A stretch of DNA of 64,000 nucleotides, taken from an uncultured Peptococcaceae bacterium. Lineage in GTDB: Bacteria > Bacillota > Dehalobacteriia > UBA7702. A model generated the notes under the pieces. That model was not told the DNA's origin, searched no databases, and saw only the letters and a list, made by a program, of their open reading frames with translations. Position numbers and translations under genes: made by a program. This document shows, piece by piece, positions 29,577 to 40,237 of this stretch (positions within the stretch are counted from its first letter, which is position 1; the number at the start of each line of letters is the position of its first letter). Location of the stretch: the NCBI GenBank assembly GCA_964637365.1, contig CAZWWH010000005.1:18980-82979 (forward strand), read 5' to 3'.

Positions 29577-30395
29577 ATGAATCCTGTGGCCTTTACCATA
29601 TTTGGCTGGCCGGTACGGTGGTATGGAATACTCATCGCATTAGGGCTTCTGATTGGTATTTTTATCGTAACACGTTTGGCCAAGCAGCGAGGACTGAACG
29701 AAGACCATGTTTGGACCGTACTGTTGGCGGCTGTTCCCTGTGCCATTATCGGCGCCCGGCTATACTATGTGATTTTTCAGTGGGAAAATTACGGCTTTGA
29801 CCTGGGAAAAATCGTCGCTGTGTGGCATGGCGGCTTAGCCATCCATGGTGGTATCCTCGGTGGAATTTTAGCGGTATTCCTGGTATGCCGTCATTACCGC
29901 ATGAGCTTTGGTTCCATGGCGGACTGCTTTGCCCCTGCGCTGTCCTTAGGACAGGCCATTGGCCGCTGGGGAAATTATATTAACGGAGAAGCTCACGGCT
30001 ATGCCACAGATTTACCCTGGGCCATTGAAGTCAACGGTGAAATGGTTCATCCCACCTTTTTATATGAATCTCTGTGGGACTTGGCAGTATTTTTTGTGAC
30101 GCTGTTTTTATTCAAACGCGCGAAGCGAAACGGTAATATTTTTCTATGGTATTTAATGCTTTATTCCGTGGGCCGTTTCATCGTGGAGAGTTTCCGTACC
30201 GATAGCTTAATGGTGGGCCCCCTGCGTCAGGCCCAGGTCATCAGCATTGTGCTTTTTGTTGTAGCGTTAGTAATATATCTTGGGGGACGGCGCAAAAGCG
30301 CTGCGGAACCGGAAACCACAAACGCGGTGAAACATAATCCCAAAGGCAACCGGGCCAAGTCAGAAAGGAAAAAGCAGAAAAAGCAGAAGAAATAA
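29577..30395 (+). CDS. lgt: prolipoprotein diacylglyceryl transferase
   Basis: 'WYGILIALG', 'GLAIHGG', 'GRWGNYINGE' and 'HPTFLYESLW' are Lgt signature blocks. Lys-rich C-terminal tail. Confidence 0.95.
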   Translation: MNPVAFTIFGWPVRWYGILIALGLLIGIFIVTRLAKQRGLNEDHVWTVLLAAVPCAIIGARLYYVIFQWENYGFDLGKIVAVWHGGLAIHGGILGGILAVFLVCRHYRMSFGSMADCFAPALSLGQAIGRWGNYINGEAHGYATDLPWAIEVNGEMVHPTFLYESLWDLAVFFVTLFLFKRAKRNGNIFLWYLMLYSVGRFIVESFRTDSLMVGPLRQAQVISIVLFVVALVIYLGGRRKSAAEPETTNAVKHNPKGNRAKSERKKQKKQKK

Positions 30396-30466
30396 TGGAT
30401 TGCAAAGAGGCTGCTATTCACAGGTTTATCCGGTGGATCGCAGCCTCTTGTTCCAAGAAAGTATTA

Positions 30467-30913
30467 TTATTTTTTTTCGTCTTCTTTTAAAATTGTAATA
30501 ATTTCCGTTAAAAGTTTTTTTAGCATTTCTCTGTCGTTGGCTTTGGGTTGAGGAATTTGCTGTTGGGGCGGTTTGGGAGGGCCCCCGGGAGACATTCCCA
30601 TAGGCATCATGGGCATCATAGGCATTCCTCCGCTGGGGCCTCCTGTTCCGTTCATCGGGGGCATTTGCCCGCTCATAGGGGGCATCGGCGGCACGTTGCC
30701 ATTGGCGCCACCTAGCAGTCCCGCCAAGGCTCCAAGGCCGCCTTGGGGATTCATGCTGTTTCCGCCACCGTTTCCCATCCCTTGCATGGGAATGGGTTGT
30801 TGATTTGGGGGTAAGGCTCCGTTGTTCTGAACAAAACCATTGCGGCGTAACGTCTCCATGAGGTCGTTGAGATTGACCATGGGTCCGTTGGAGTGTCGAT
30901 GTCTTTTACTCAT
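30467..30913 (-). CDS. low-complexity Met/Pro/Gly-rich protein of unknown function
   Basis: 148 aa. Ordered N- and C-terminal ends flank 'GMGNGGGNSMNPQGG...PPMPPMSGQMPPMNG...GMPMMPMMPMGMSPGGPPKPP'. RBS AGAGGTGA precedes the ATG at 30913. Confidence 0.6.
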   Translation of the reverse strand: MSKRHRHSNGPMVNLNDLMETLRRNGFVQNNGALPPNQQPIPMQGMGNGGGNSMNPQGGLGALAGLLGGANGNVPPMPPMSGQMPPMNGTGGPSGGMPMMPMMPMGMSPGGPPKPPQQQIPQPKANDREMLKKLLTEIITILKEDEKK

Positions 30914-31048
30914 AGAATCACCTCTTTTCAGTATAATACATAGACAGAAAAACGGAAATTATGACGACAGGATAAAAAAAAGAGTCTTTTCACTTTTGGG
31001 TAATTATAGTATAATATATGGAAAAGATGAAGTTCGGAGGATTTCCCA

Positions 31049-32383
31049 ATGAGCAAATATTCAAAAGATGATATTTTAGCCAGTGTCCGAGACCATGGCA
31101 TTCGTTTTGTCCGTTTGCAGTTCAGCGATGTGTTCGGTGTTCTGAAAAATGTCAATATTCCCGTATCACAATTAGAAAAAGCCATGGATGGGGAAATCAT
31201 GTTTGATGGATCTTCGGTGGAAGGTTTTGTCCGCATCGAAGAAAGCGATATGTATTTAAAACCTGATCTTGATACTTGGCAAATTTTTCCCTGGAGTTAC
31301 CAGGAAGGCGGTCTTGCCCGTTTAATCTGCGATATTTACACTGATAAAAATGAGCCCTTTGAGGGAGATCCCCGGTTTGTTTTGAAGAGAGCACTGAAAA
31401 CCGCCAGAGATATGGGCTATATTATGAATGTAGGCCCTGAAGCAGAGTTCTTCCTTTTCCATACTGACAGCGCGGGGCGTCCCACTTTGGAAACCCATGA
31501 CCAAGCGGGATATTTTGACCTTTCTCCCATTGATTTGGGCTCCGCTGCCCGTCGAGAAATGGTAAATTCCCTAGAAGATATGGGGTATGAAATTGAGGCT
31601 TCGCATCACGAATGCGCTCCTGGCCAGCATGAGATTGATTTTAAATATGGTGACGCCCTCTCCTCTGCCGACAGGATGCAGACCTTTAAGCTTGTCGTCC
31701 GCATTGTGGCTAAACGCCATGGGCTCCACGCTACTTTTATGCCGAAGCCAATTTACGGCATTGCCGGTTCCGGAATGCATATGAACCAGAGTCTTTCTAC
31801 CTTGGACGGAAAAAATGTTTTTGACGATCCCAACGGCGTTGACGGTCTTTCGGAAAATGCATACTATTATATTGGCGGCCTTTTGAAACACGCGCGTGCC
31901 ATTACCGCCATTACGAATCCCACGGTAAACTCTTACAAGCGTCTTGTTTCCGGATACGAAGCCCCTGTTTATATTGCTTGGTCCGGAAAAAACCGCAGTC
32001 CTTTGGTGCGTATTCCCGCGAAACGCGGCGTTTCCACCCGGGTGGAGATGCGCAGCCCTGACCCAACCTGTAACCCTTATTTGGGAACTGCCGCTATGCT
32101 TGTTGCCGGATTGGACGGTATTAAAAATAAAATTGAACCGCCGAAAGCCTGCGATTATAATCTTTATGATCTCACTGATGATGAACGGTTGGCCCGGGGC
32201 ATTGGCTGTCTGCCTGTGAATTTGGCAGCGGCTTTGGAGGATCTCAAAAGCGATATCGTGATTTCAGAGGCTTTAGGGAATCATGTCTTTAACTGCTTCA
32301 TCGAAGCCAAGGAAAAAGAGTGGAAATCCTATCGTACCCAAGTAACTCCTTGGGAAATTGGGCAGTACTTGACAAAATTCTAA
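31049..32383 (+). CDS. glnA: glutamine synthetase, type I
   Basis: '[13 protein letters not shown]', 'FDGSSVEGF', '[13 protein letters not shown]', '[14 protein letters not shown]' and '[13 protein letters not shown]' are GS-I signatures. Confidence 0.97.
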   Translation: MSKYSKDDILASVRDHGIRFVRLQFSDVFGVLKNVNIPVSQLEKAMDGEIMFDGSSVEGFVRIEESDMYLKPDLDTWQIFPWSYQEGGLARLICDIYTDKNEPFEGDPRFVLKRALKTARDMGYIMNVGPEAEFFLFHTDSAGRPTLETHDQAGYFDLSPIDLGSAARREMVNSLEDMGYEIEASHHECAPGQHEIDFKYGDALSSADRMQTFKLVVRIVAKRHGLHATFMPKPIYGIAGSGMHMNQSLSTLDGKNVFDDPNGVDGLSENAYYYIGGLLKHARAITAITNPTVNSYKRLVSGYEAPVYIAWSGKNRSPLVRIPAKRGVSTRVEMRSPDPTCNPYLGTAAMLVAGLDGIKNKIEPPKACDYNLYDLTDDERLARGIGCLPVNLAAALEDLKSDIVISEALGNHVFNCFIEAKEKEWKSYRTQVTPWEIGQYLTKF

Positions 32384-32440
32384 TGAATCTGCCTGAAATA
32401 TCATTTTAAAAAACCGTGAGGCTTTAACGCCGAGGAGGAT

Positions 32441-33298
32441 ATGATGAAACTGCATTTTACAAAAATGAATGGTTTGGGCAATGATTTTGTACTTTTTGAC
32501 GGACGTGATGGAAATTTGCCTGAGGACCTTGGGGCCTTAGCCCAAAAGGTATGTGACCGTCATTTTGGTATCGGAGCCGACGGCATTTTGGTGGTGCTTC
32601 CTTCGGATATGAATGATATTCGTATGCGCATTATTAACAGTGACGGTAGCGAAGCTCAGATGTGCGGCAACGGTATCCGCTGTTTTGCCGCTTATGTATA
32701 TGACAGAGATATCGTTTCCACCAAAGAAATGACCGTGGAAACCGCTGCGGGGACGATTCGTCCCGTATTGATTGACGCGGAAGAAAATCGTGCCATGGTA
32801 AAAGTGAATATGGGAACGCCCCGTATCAAGCCTTGGGAAATTCCGGTGGAGGTAGAAGGGGATAAGGTGATAGGTATGCCCATGGAAATCAATGGCTACC
32901 ATTTTGATTTGAACTGCGTTTCCATGGGAAATCCCCATGCTGTGACCTTTTGGCGCAATCTTGACGAGGCGCCGGTGGCGACCTTGGGGCCGGTATTGGA
33001 GCGCCATCCATTGTTCCCGGAAAAAACCAATGTGGAATTTGTGGAAATTATGGATGTGGATGAAATTCGCATGCGTGTTTATGAACGAGGCTGTGGAGAA
33101 ACCCTGGCCTGTGGCACTGGGGCATCCGCCTCGGTCGTGGCCTCGATTTTAAATGGTTATACTGATCGAAAAGTAAAAGTCCGCCTATTAGGCGGCGTCC
33201 TGGAGTGCGAATGGTGTGACGACGGCAGTCTTATGATGACGGGCCCCGCAGCCTATGTCGCAGAAGGGGAATATATTTATCAAGAGGCTGAAGAGTAA
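32441..33298 (+). CDS. dapF: diaminopimelate epimerase
   Basis: '[15 protein letters not shown]', catalytic 'MCGNGIRCF' and 'ACGTGASA'. The start may be the second ATG at 32444. Confidence 0.95.
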   Translation: MMKLHFTKMNGLGNDFVLFDGRDGNLPEDLGALAQKVCDRHFGIGADGILVVLPSDMNDIRMRIINSDGSEAQMCGNGIRCFAAYVYDRDIVSTKEMTVETAAGTIRPVLIDAEENRAMVKVNMGTPRIKPWEIPVEVEGDKVIGMPMEINGYHFDLNCVSMGNPHAVTFWRNLDEAPVATLGPVLERHPLFPEKTNVEFVEIMDVDEIRMRVYERGCGETLACGTGASASVVASILNGYTDRKVKVRLLGGVLECEWCDDGSLMMTGPAAYVAEGEYIYQEAEE

Positions 33299-33371
33299 TA
33301 TTATCTCGGCCAGCTATTTTACAGGAATCTTGGTATTTGTAATTGATCAACCAAGATTGAAAGGAGTACCC

Positions 33372-34547
33372 ATGAAACAAGAAGCCAAACGCATTCGTGA
33401 AATTCCGCCGTATCTGTTTGCTGGGATAGAGAAAAAAACCCAGGAATACAAGGACAAGGGCGTTGATATCATTAGTTTTGGCATCGGTGACCCAGATCTT
33501 CCCACGCCTGACTTTATCATTGAAAAAATGGCGGAAGAGATCAAGAACCCTGTCAACCATCAATATCCTTCCTCCGCGGGGATGCTGTTCTTCCGTGAGG
33601 CAGTGGCCAACTGGTACAAAAGAAGATTTCATGTGGAATTGAATGCTGATACGGAGGTTGTGACCCTTATCGGTTCCAAAGAGGGGATTGCGAATATTAA
33701 CTACTGTTATGTGGATCCCGGCGATATCAATCTAGTGCCGGATCCGGGGTATCCCGTTTATGGCATTGGCACTATGCTGGCCGGCGGCGAGCCCTATTAT
33801 ATGCCTTTGAAAAAGGAGAACGGCTTTTTGCCTGATTTAAAAGCCATTCCGGAAGAGATTGCTCAAAAGGCTAAGATTTTATGGATTGGCTATCCCAATA
33901 ATCCCACGGGAGCCACTGCTCCCATTTCCTTCTTTGAAGAAGTGGTGGCCTTTGCCAAGAAGTATGACATTCTTGTTTGCCATGACAACGCTTATTCTGA
34001 AGTTTGTTACGATGGGTATCAACCCCCCAGTTTTTTGGAGGTGGAGGGCGCAAAGGATGTGGGCATTGAGTTTAATTCCCTATCCAAGCCTTTTAATATG
34101 ACAGGCTGGCGTATTGGCTTTGCTGTTGGTAATGCCCAGGTTATCAGCACTTTGGCTCGTTATAAAAGCAATGTGGACAGCGGCGCGTTTCAGGCTGTGC
34201 AGGCCGCGGCCATTGAGGCTCTTAACAGCGACCAGGCAGCGGTGCAGCAAAATCGTGACGTATACGCCAAACGCCGTAACGTGATTGTGAAAACCTTTAA
34301 CGATTTGGGTTGGAATTTGGAAGCACCCAAAGCGACTTTTTATATTTGGGCTCCGGTACCTAAGGGATATACCTCGGCTTCCTTTGCCGAATATGTTTTG
34401 GATAAAGCTGGTATTGTCATTACTCCCGGCAGCGGTTACGGCCCTTCGGGGGAAGGATACTTCCGTATTTCTCTGACGATTCCTGAAGAGCGTGTGATGG
34501 AAGCCGCTGAACGGCTGAAAAAACATTTGGGAAAGGTAACTTTCTAA
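33372..34547 (+). CDS. dapL: LL-diaminopimelate aminotransferase (DapL-type class I aminotransferase)
   Basis: '[12 protein letters not shown]', '[10 protein letters not shown]', 'YPNNPTG' and '[14 protein letters not shown]' (PLP lysine). Adjacent to dapF. The ATG at 33372 follows AAGGAG. Confidence 0.85.
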   Translation: MKQEAKRIREIPPYLFAGIEKKTQEYKDKGVDIISFGIGDPDLPTPDFIIEKMAEEIKNPVNHQYPSSAGMLFFREAVANWYKRRFHVELNADTEVVTLIGSKEGIANINYCYVDPGDINLVPDPGYPVYGIGTMLAGGEPYYMPLKKENGFLPDLKAIPEEIAQKAKILWIGYPNNPTGATAPISFFEEVVAFAKKYDILVCHDNAYSEVCYDGYQPPSFLEVEGAKDVGIEFNSLSKPFNMTGWRIGFAVGNAQVISTLARYKSNVDSGAFQAVQAAAIEALNSDQAAVQQNRDVYAKRRNVIVKTFNDLGWNLEAPKATFYIWAPVPKGYTSASFAEYVLDKAGIVITPGSGYGPSGEGYFRISLTIPEERVMEAAERLKKHLGKVTF

Positions 34548-34548
34548 T

Positions 34549-35415
34549 ATGGTGACATATCATTCCGCTGCAAAAATCAATTTGCTTCTGAAGGTTGAAG
34601 GAAGATTACCCGATGGATATCACCGTCTTGTTTCGGTGATGCAATCGGTATCTTTGTTCGATTGTTTGGATTTTGATTTTGAACGGCGGAATTTTTCTTT
34701 GCACTTAAAGAATGCTGACTTGGATTTGGGATCCGTAGAAAAAAATATCATTACCCGCAGTTGGCGGCTGATGAAGGAGCGGTTTCACCTCCCTGGTGAA
34801 GTGGCAGTGACTTTGGATAAACGGATTCCTGTAGGAGCGGGTTTGGCCGGCGGCAGCGGTAATGGCGCCGCCATGTTTCACGCGGTCAATGATTATTTCC
34901 ATTTGGGGCTGTCACTTGATGAGCTGGCGGCTTTCGGTAGTGAGATCGGGGCCGATGTGCCCTTTTGCATTCAGGGTGGTACGATGCTGGCTCGTGGGAA
35001 GGGAGAAAAACTGGAAAAATTGCCGCCGTTAACCAATACGGAAATTGTTCTGGTCAATGGAGGATTTTCCGTATCCACCGCTGAGGTATTCCGTAGGTTT
35101 GATGCTCTGCCGCCCTGTGAGGAAACGCCTTCGCTTAATAGGATGGTTGAGGGACTCGTGCAGAAAACCCCGGAGTTGATCCAGAGCGCAATGTACAATG
35201 ATCTGGAACGGGTTACCATTCCGATGTGTCCTGCTTTGGCAGAGCTGAAGGAACGTATGACATCCCTGGGACTTCATCCCCTAATGAGCGGCAGTGGCCC
35301 GACTGTATTCGCCCTGATTCCATTGGATGGCGGAGTTTTATTGCGACAACGATGGCAGGACCTTGGGGGAAAATTATATTGCTGTAGCCCTGTGAATCAG
35401 GGGGTTTTTCGATGA
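34549..35415 (+). CDS. ispE: 4-diphosphocytidyl-2-C-methyl-D-erythritol kinase
   Basis: GHMP kinase motif 'IPVGAGLAGGSGNGAA' and N-terminal 'AKINLLLKV'. Confidence 0.93.
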   Translation: MVTYHSAAKINLLLKVEGRLPDGYHRLVSVMQSVSLFDCLDFDFERRNFSLHLKNADLDLGSVEKNIITRSWRLMKERFHLPGEVAVTLDKRIPVGAGLAGGSGNGAAMFHAVNDYFHLGLSLDELAAFGSEIGADVPFCIQGGTMLARGKGEKLEKLPPLTNTEIVLVNGGFSVSTAEVFRRFDALPPCEETPSLNRMVEGLVQKTPELIQSAMYNDLERVTIPMCPALAELKERMTSLGLHPLMSGSGPTVFALIPLDGGVLLRQRWQDLGGKLYCCSPVNQGVFR

Positions 35416-35551
35416 ACAAAAAATTGTTGTAATATTCGACAAAAATCATAACAATTTGCAAAAAATTGCAGGAAATCCTGATTTTTTGTAGAAGACTTTC
35501 TAAATCAACAAGATTCCCGTTGGATTGCTTACGGAGAAGGGGGATGTTTTT

Positions 35552-35845
35552 GTGAATATTACAGATGTGAGAGTACGAAAAATTTTACCCGAAGGGAAAA
35601 TGAAAGCGATTGTTTCTGTGACTTTAGACAATGCCTTTGTGATCCATGATATCAAGGTTGTGCAGGGACAGAGTGGATTATTTGTCGCCATGCCCAGCAG
35701 AAAAACGCCCACCGGCGAGTTTCGGGATATTGCGCATCCGATTTCCCAAGAATCCAGAGATATGCTCCAAGATAAGGTTTTGGCCGTTTATGAACAGGCT
35801 TTGGTTGAGGAAAGCATCAAGGTAGATTCCACCGAGACAGAATAA
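35552..35845 (+). CDS. spoVG: SpoVG septation/regulatory protein
   Basis: '[10 protein letters not shown]...[46 protein letters not shown]' is near-canonical SpoVG. GTG start after GAGAAGGGGG. Confidence 0.95.
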   Translation: MNITDVRVRKILPEGKMKAIVSVTLDNAFVIHDIKVVQGQSGLFVAMPSRKTPTGEFRDIAHPISQESRDMLQDKVLAVYEQALVEESIKVDSTETE

Positions 35846-36000
35846 ATTTTGCGTTTAAAATCTCAATTTAGAAGATGAATTGATTTTTCTGATGCATGGG
35901 ATTATAATAGAAGAATCAAGGGGGGAATTTTTGTCCCCAATGAGAAAAAAATGATTGGGTGCTCCTGTCATTTTTTTCTGTCTGTATAGGAGTGATTTTT

Positions 36001-37383
36001 TTGCAACGATATGCTGTGATTCTGGCGGCGGGAAAAGGCACCAGAATGAAATCGGAGTTGCCCAAGGTTTTGCATGAGGCGGCATTCCATCCAATTCTTC
36101 ATTATGTATTGACTGCGGCGGAGTCAGTTTCCGCCGAAAAAATATTGACGGTGATTGGCCATGGCGCAGAGCAGGTAAAGGCTGTCTTTGGAGGCCGCAC
36201 TGAGTTTGTGTTGCAGCGGGAGCAAAAGGGTACGGGGCATGCGGTGATGGAAGCGATGCCCGCTTTGGCTGAGGTCCATGGCACGGTGCTGATCCTTTGT
36301 GGTGACACGCCGCTGTTGCGGGGGGAAACTTTGGACGCCTTTTTGCAAGCTCATGAAGCAGAGAAGGCGGCCTGTTCCGTTTTAACAGCCAACATTGATA
36401 ACCCCTTTGGCTACGGACGCATCATCCGCGGGGCTAACGGCGCTTTGCTGAAAATTGTGGAACAGAGGGACGCTACCCCAGAGGAGCAGGCCGTTACGGA
36501 AATTAATAGTGGCGTTTACTGCTTTGACCTGGATTTTCTCCGCGAAGCTGTAAAGGAATTAAAAACCGATAATGACCAAGGGGAGTTTTATCTTACCGAT
36601 ACCGTGGCCATTTGCAACGGACAGGGCAAAAAGGCCCTGGCTTGGATTGTGGAGGATTTTGAGGAGGTCAAGGGCATTAACGACAGAAAGCAACTGAGCG
36701 AAGCGGGTGCCATCCTTTTTCGCCGGAAAAACGAGGCTCTGATGGCTCAAGGCGTCACTATGATTTCTCCGGAGAATACCTTTGTGGACCCGGAAGCTGA
36801 AGTGGGTTGTGACACTGTGCTGGAACCCTTCTGCACCTTGCGGGGAAAAGTGAAAATTGGTAAAGGTTGTACCATCGGTCCCCGTTCGGAATTAAAGGAT
36901 TCTACCCTTGGCGACGGTGTACGTTTTTGGCAGAGCATCGCGGTGGAGGCAACATTGGGGGATGATTGTAATATCGGACCGTTTGCTTATCTTCGTCCCC
37001 AAACGGCTTTGGCGGATCAAGTAAAGGTTGGCGATTTTGTGGAAGTGAAAAACAGCTCTATCGGGCAAGGTTCCAAGCTGCCACACTTGGCTTATATTGG
37101 CGATTCTGACGTGGGTTCAGGCGTTAATATTGCCTGCGGTACCATTACCTGTAATTATGATGGTTTCAAAAAATACCGTAGTACCATTGGGAATCATGTT
37201 TTCGTGGGGTGTAACGCGAACTTGGTGTCTCCTGTTACCGTTGAGGATGGCGCTTACATTGCCGCCGGTTCTACAGTAACGAAAAATGTTCCTGCCGATA
37301 GCTTGGCTGTGGCCCGGGAAAAGCAGAAGAATATCGAGGGCTGGGCCCGCAGCTTCCGTTCCCGTCACAAAGATAAGGAATAA
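36001..37383 (+). CDS. glmU: bifunctional GlmU (UDP-GlcNAc pyrophosphorylase / GlcN-1-P acetyltransferase)
   Basis: 'AVILAAGKGTRMKS' and a C-terminal left-handed beta-helix hexapeptide region. TTG at 36001 lies 8 nt after AGGAG. Confidence 0.95.
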   Translation: MQRYAVILAAGKGTRMKSELPKVLHEAAFHPILHYVLTAAESVSAEKILTVIGHGAEQVKAVFGGRTEFVLQREQKGTGHAVMEAMPALAEVHGTVLILCGDTPLLRGETLDAFLQAHEAEKAACSVLTANIDNPFGYGRIIRGANGALLKIVEQRDATPEEQAVTEINSGVYCFDLDFLREAVKELKTDNDQGEFYLTDTVAICNGQGKKALAWIVEDFEEVKGINDRKQLSEAGAILFRRKNEALMAQGVTMISPENTFVDPEAEVGCDTVLEPFCTLRGKVKIGKGCTIGPRSELKDSTLGDGVRFWQSIAVEATLGDDCNIGPFAYLRPQTALADQVKVGDFVEVKNSSIGQGSKLPHLAYIGDSDVGSGVNIACGTITCNYDGFKKYRSTIGNHVFVGCNANLVSPVTVEDGAYIAAGSTVTKNVPADSLAVAREKQKNIEGWARSFRSRHKDKE

Positions 37384-37569
37384 TTTTAACTGTGAAATGT
37401 TAAATTTTATTGGCAAGTTCTGTTTGGGGAAAAAGCGCGAACTTTGTAGAATCTTGGAGATTATACAATAAATTTTGGTGAAGAAAAAGGAAAATGGCTG
37501 TAAATAGCCAATTATTATATGGTTGTTCTTATTTGGTGACGGTTGATTTATTTTTGTGGAGGAATGGCA

Positions 37570-38520
37570 ATGAATGATAATACCTTAAAACTGTTTGCTG
37601 GAAATGCCCATCCCGCCCTTGCCCAGGAGGTGGCGGAGCACCTAAAAATGAATCTTGGGGTATCGACGGTGAAGCGCTTCCGCGATGGTGAAATTGCGGT
37701 AAATATTGACGAAAGTGTACGTGGCGCTGACGTTTATATCGTGCAGCCTACTTGTCCCCCGGTCAATGATAATTTGATGGAACTACTAATTATGATTGAC
37801 GCTATGCGCAGAGCTTCGGCGCGGCGTATCACCGCCGTGATTCCTTATTATGGTTATGCCCGTCAAGAACGGAAAAGCAAAGCCAGAGATCCCATCTCGG
37901 CCAAATTGACGGCAAATCTTATTACCGCTGCCGGTGCTCATCGTGTCATTTGTATGGATCTCCATGCGGCGGCCATCCAAGGGTTTTTTGATATTCCTGT
38001 GGATCATCTCTCGGCCATGCCGATTTTGGCCAATTACTATAAAAAACGTCAGTTTGATGGGGAGATTGTTGTAGTTTCTCCTGATATTGGTGGTGTATCC
38101 AGGGCTCGGAATATTGCGGACCGGCTCCATTGCGGCATCGCCATTGTGGACAAGCGCCGTCCCGCTCCCGGGGAAGCGGAGATTATGAACCTTATCGGCG
38201 ATGTAAAGGGAAAAATTGCCATCATGGCCGATGACATCATTGACAGCGGCGGTACCATTACTTTGGGGGCTGAAGCGTTAATGAATATGGGAGCCAAAGA
38301 AGTTCATGTTTGTTGCAGTCATGCGCTGTTTAGCGGCCCGGCAGTAGAACGCTTGACCAATTCCTGCATCAAAGAAGTGGTGGTGACTAACACCATTCCC
38401 CAAAGAAATGACGCAGTCATCACCAATGATAAATTTAAGGTGCTTTCTGTTGGCTCTTTATTGGGGGAAGCCATTCGCTCTATCAATAATAACCTTTCGG
38501 TCAGCAGATTATTTGAATAA
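37570..38520 (+). CDS. prs: ribose-phosphate pyrophosphokinase
   Basis: 'RFRDGEI', '[10 protein letters not shown]', '[11 protein letters not shown]' and 'DDIIDSGGT'. Confidence 0.97.
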   Translation: MNDNTLKLFAGNAHPALAQEVAEHLKMNLGVSTVKRFRDGEIAVNIDESVRGADVYIVQPTCPPVNDNLMELLIMIDAMRRASARRITAVIPYYGYARQERKSKARDPISAKLTANLITAAGAHRVICMDLHAAAIQGFFDIPVDHLSAMPILANYYKKRQFDGEIVVVSPDIGGVSRARNIADRLHCGIAIVDKRRPAPGEAEIMNLIGDVKGKIAIMADDIIDSGGTITLGAEALMNMGAKEVHVCCSHALFSGPAVERLTNSCIKEVVVTNTIPQRNDAVITNDKFKVLSVGSLLGEAIRSINNNLSVSRLFE

Positions 38521-38524
38521 AAAG

Positions 38525-39415
38525 TTATTCGTCTTGGGCCCCTTGGGCCCTTTGGGCCCTTTGGGCCTTTGACACTTTTTGTGATATATAGGAGATTCCC
38601 GCTTTCGCTCGCTTTGGACGTTGTTCCGGTGCGGAAGCGGTTTTCTTTTCTTCCATTTTTGTGGGGGCCGTCAGTGTTGACTGCTCTTCGGGAGTAATTT
38701 CGGAGCAATAAGTTTTATCCCGATGGGAAAGTGCGGCGATTTTTGCGCCGTAGCCGTTTTTTCGCCAGGTTTCTGTTTTGGTTCTCAGGGTACGGCGGGT
38801 TTCCTTGAAGGAGGGGATTTTTTGTTTTAAGTCGCTGATGGGTTCGCTTTTCATGACGGAAGATAGTTCCTTAGATTTGGGCGCTTCCCTTACTTTTGCT
38901 GTAGTGGTTTTTGCGGCATGGGAACGGGGAACGGTGCCTGGCGCCGTGATGATCACATCGGAGCCGAAAACAGTGACATCTTCAATGGGGAGTTCATTTT
39001 TCCCTTTGAGTAAATCATCAAAAAGGCCGTTTTTTAAGGTAATACGGCTAATGGCGCCGGTGTTTCCGTCGATGATAAAATCCGCGGCTTTCCCCAGGAA
39101 TTGGCCATTTTCTGTCATGACGCTGAGTCCGTTTACGTCGGGCATGGCTTTGAGCAGTGGCAGCAGGTGAGGGAATTCCTGTTTCCTCCCCAGAGCGTTG
39201 GCGGTTTCCACGGTGATAGCTTCTTTGCTGATGCCTTTTATGTTTTCAAAAGGGAGAATGGATTCGTCCCGGAACCGTTTAGTACCTCCTACAATCAGCG
39301 CCGTAACCGCGCGGGCGGCGGGGTCCAAGACGTAATCTTTTATTTGTCCTAGCTTTTTGCCGTCGGTAATACTGAACACCGTGAGGCCCAGGAGTTGCTT
39401 GCTTTGTAGTTCCAT
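38525..39415 (-). CDS. tandem PRC-barrel domain protein with a disordered basic C-terminal half
   Basis: Two PRC-barrel-like modules ('LLGLTVFSITDGKKLGQIKDYVLD', 'VNGLSVMTENGQFLGKAADFIIDG'). RBS AGAGAGG before the ATG at 39415. The C-terminus ends in an A-Q-R/G repeat. Confidence 0.7.
   Translation of the reverse strand: MELQSKQLLGLTVFSITDGKKLGQIKDYVLDPAARAVTALIVGGTKRFRDESILPFENIKGISKEAITVETANALGRKQEFPHLLPLLKAMPDVNGLSVMTENGQFLGKAADFIIDGNTGAISRITLKNGLFDDLLKGKNELPIEDVTVFGSDVIITAPGTVPRSHAAKTTTAKVREAPKSKELSSVMKSEPISDLKQKIPSFKETRRTLRTKTETWRKNGYGAKIAALSHRDKTYCSEITPEEQSTLTAPTKMEEKKTASAPEQRPKRAKAGISYISQKVSKAQRAQRAQGAQDE
38534..38570. repeat. 9-bp tandem repeat (about 4 units, each containing GGGCCC) at the 3' end of the PRC-barrel gene
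   Basis: The plus strand reads GGGCCCCTT GGGCCCTTT GGGCCCTTT GGGCCTTTG. The minus strand encodes 'AQRAQRAQGAQ'. Confidence 0.9.
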
Positions 39416-39543
39416 GGTGATGCCTCTCTTTCTTTTCCGCCTGAAAAGCAGCGGAATGCTTTCGGGAAAGAGTATGTTTATTTCCATAAAAATATGATAG
39501 AATATAGAAGAGTCATCTTAATGGATGGAAAGGGAACAATGGT

Positions 39544-40191
39544 ATGAAAATGATTGTGGGGTTAGGGAACCCGGGGAAAAAATATGAAACCACCCGCCAT
39601 AACGTGGGGTTTATCACTGCGGATTTAATTGGCGATGAACTGGGGGTGGAAATCAGTCAGAAAAATTTCATGGGGCTTTGCTGCGAGGTATTTCGCAACG
39701 GTGAAAAAATTATTTTGGTAAAACCCCAGACCTTTATGAATCTCAGCGGCCAGTGTGTCGGCGAGATTGCCCGCTATTATAAAATTGACAATGAAGATAT
39801 TCTCGTCATTGCCGATGACCTCTCTTTGCCCGCCGGCACTTTGAAGCTGCGGCCCAAAGGAAGCAGCGGTGGCCATAACGGTTTAAAATCCATCATCTCC
39901 CATTTGGAGGGCGATGATTTTCCCCGTTTGAAAATTGGCATTGGGCGGGGAAGAAATGACGACGTCATCGACCATGTGCTGGGACATTTCGGCGAGGAGG
40001 AATGGAAGCTCATTGCCGATATGATGGAAAAAGGGCGAGACTGTGCCTTGCTCTGGCTGGATCGAGGGATTGACGAGGCTATGAATCGATATAACGTCTT
40101 TTCCAAGCTGCCGAAGCCGCCCAAAAAGAAGAAAGGCGATGAGGAACTCCAGGAGAACGAAATGCCTGATAGGCAAGGGACGGAATCATGA
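39544..40191 (+). CDS. pth: peptidyl-tRNA hydrolase with a Lys-rich/acidic C-terminal extension
   Basis: 'IVGLGNPGKKYETTRHNVGF' and 'GSSGGHNGLKS'. Extra tail 'KLPKPPKKKKGDEELQENE'. Confidence 0.95.
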   Translation: MKMIVGLGNPGKKYETTRHNVGFITADLIGDELGVEISQKNFMGLCCEVFRNGEKIILVKPQTFMNLSGQCVGEIARYYKIDNEDILVIADDLSLPAGTLKLRPKGSSGGHNGLKSIISHLEGDDFPRLKIGIGRGRNDDVIDHVLGHFGEEEWKLIADMMEKGRDCALLWLDRGIDEAMNRYNVFSKLPKPPKKKKGDEELQENEMPDRQGTES

Positions 40192-40237
40192 ATTTTGGCA
40201 ATAACGCATATGATAGAGAAGGATTAATAAAGGAACC

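Noticed and set aside
30573-30803. Plus-strand Gly/Pro/Ile-rich ORF opposite the Met/Pro/Gly-rich gene
   Set aside because: It is a mirror-frame artefact of the repetitive GC-rich codons. Only the minus-strand ORF has an RBS, non-repetitive termini and a downstream terminator.
30914-31048. TnrA/GlnR box (TGTNA-N7-TNACA) upstream of glnA
   Set aside because: I could not find a convincing match by eye, so no call was made.
38534-38570. Short tandem repeat considered as a CRISPR or other array
   Set aside because: The units are 9 bp with no spacers and lie in-frame within a coding region. This is a simple coding microsatellite.
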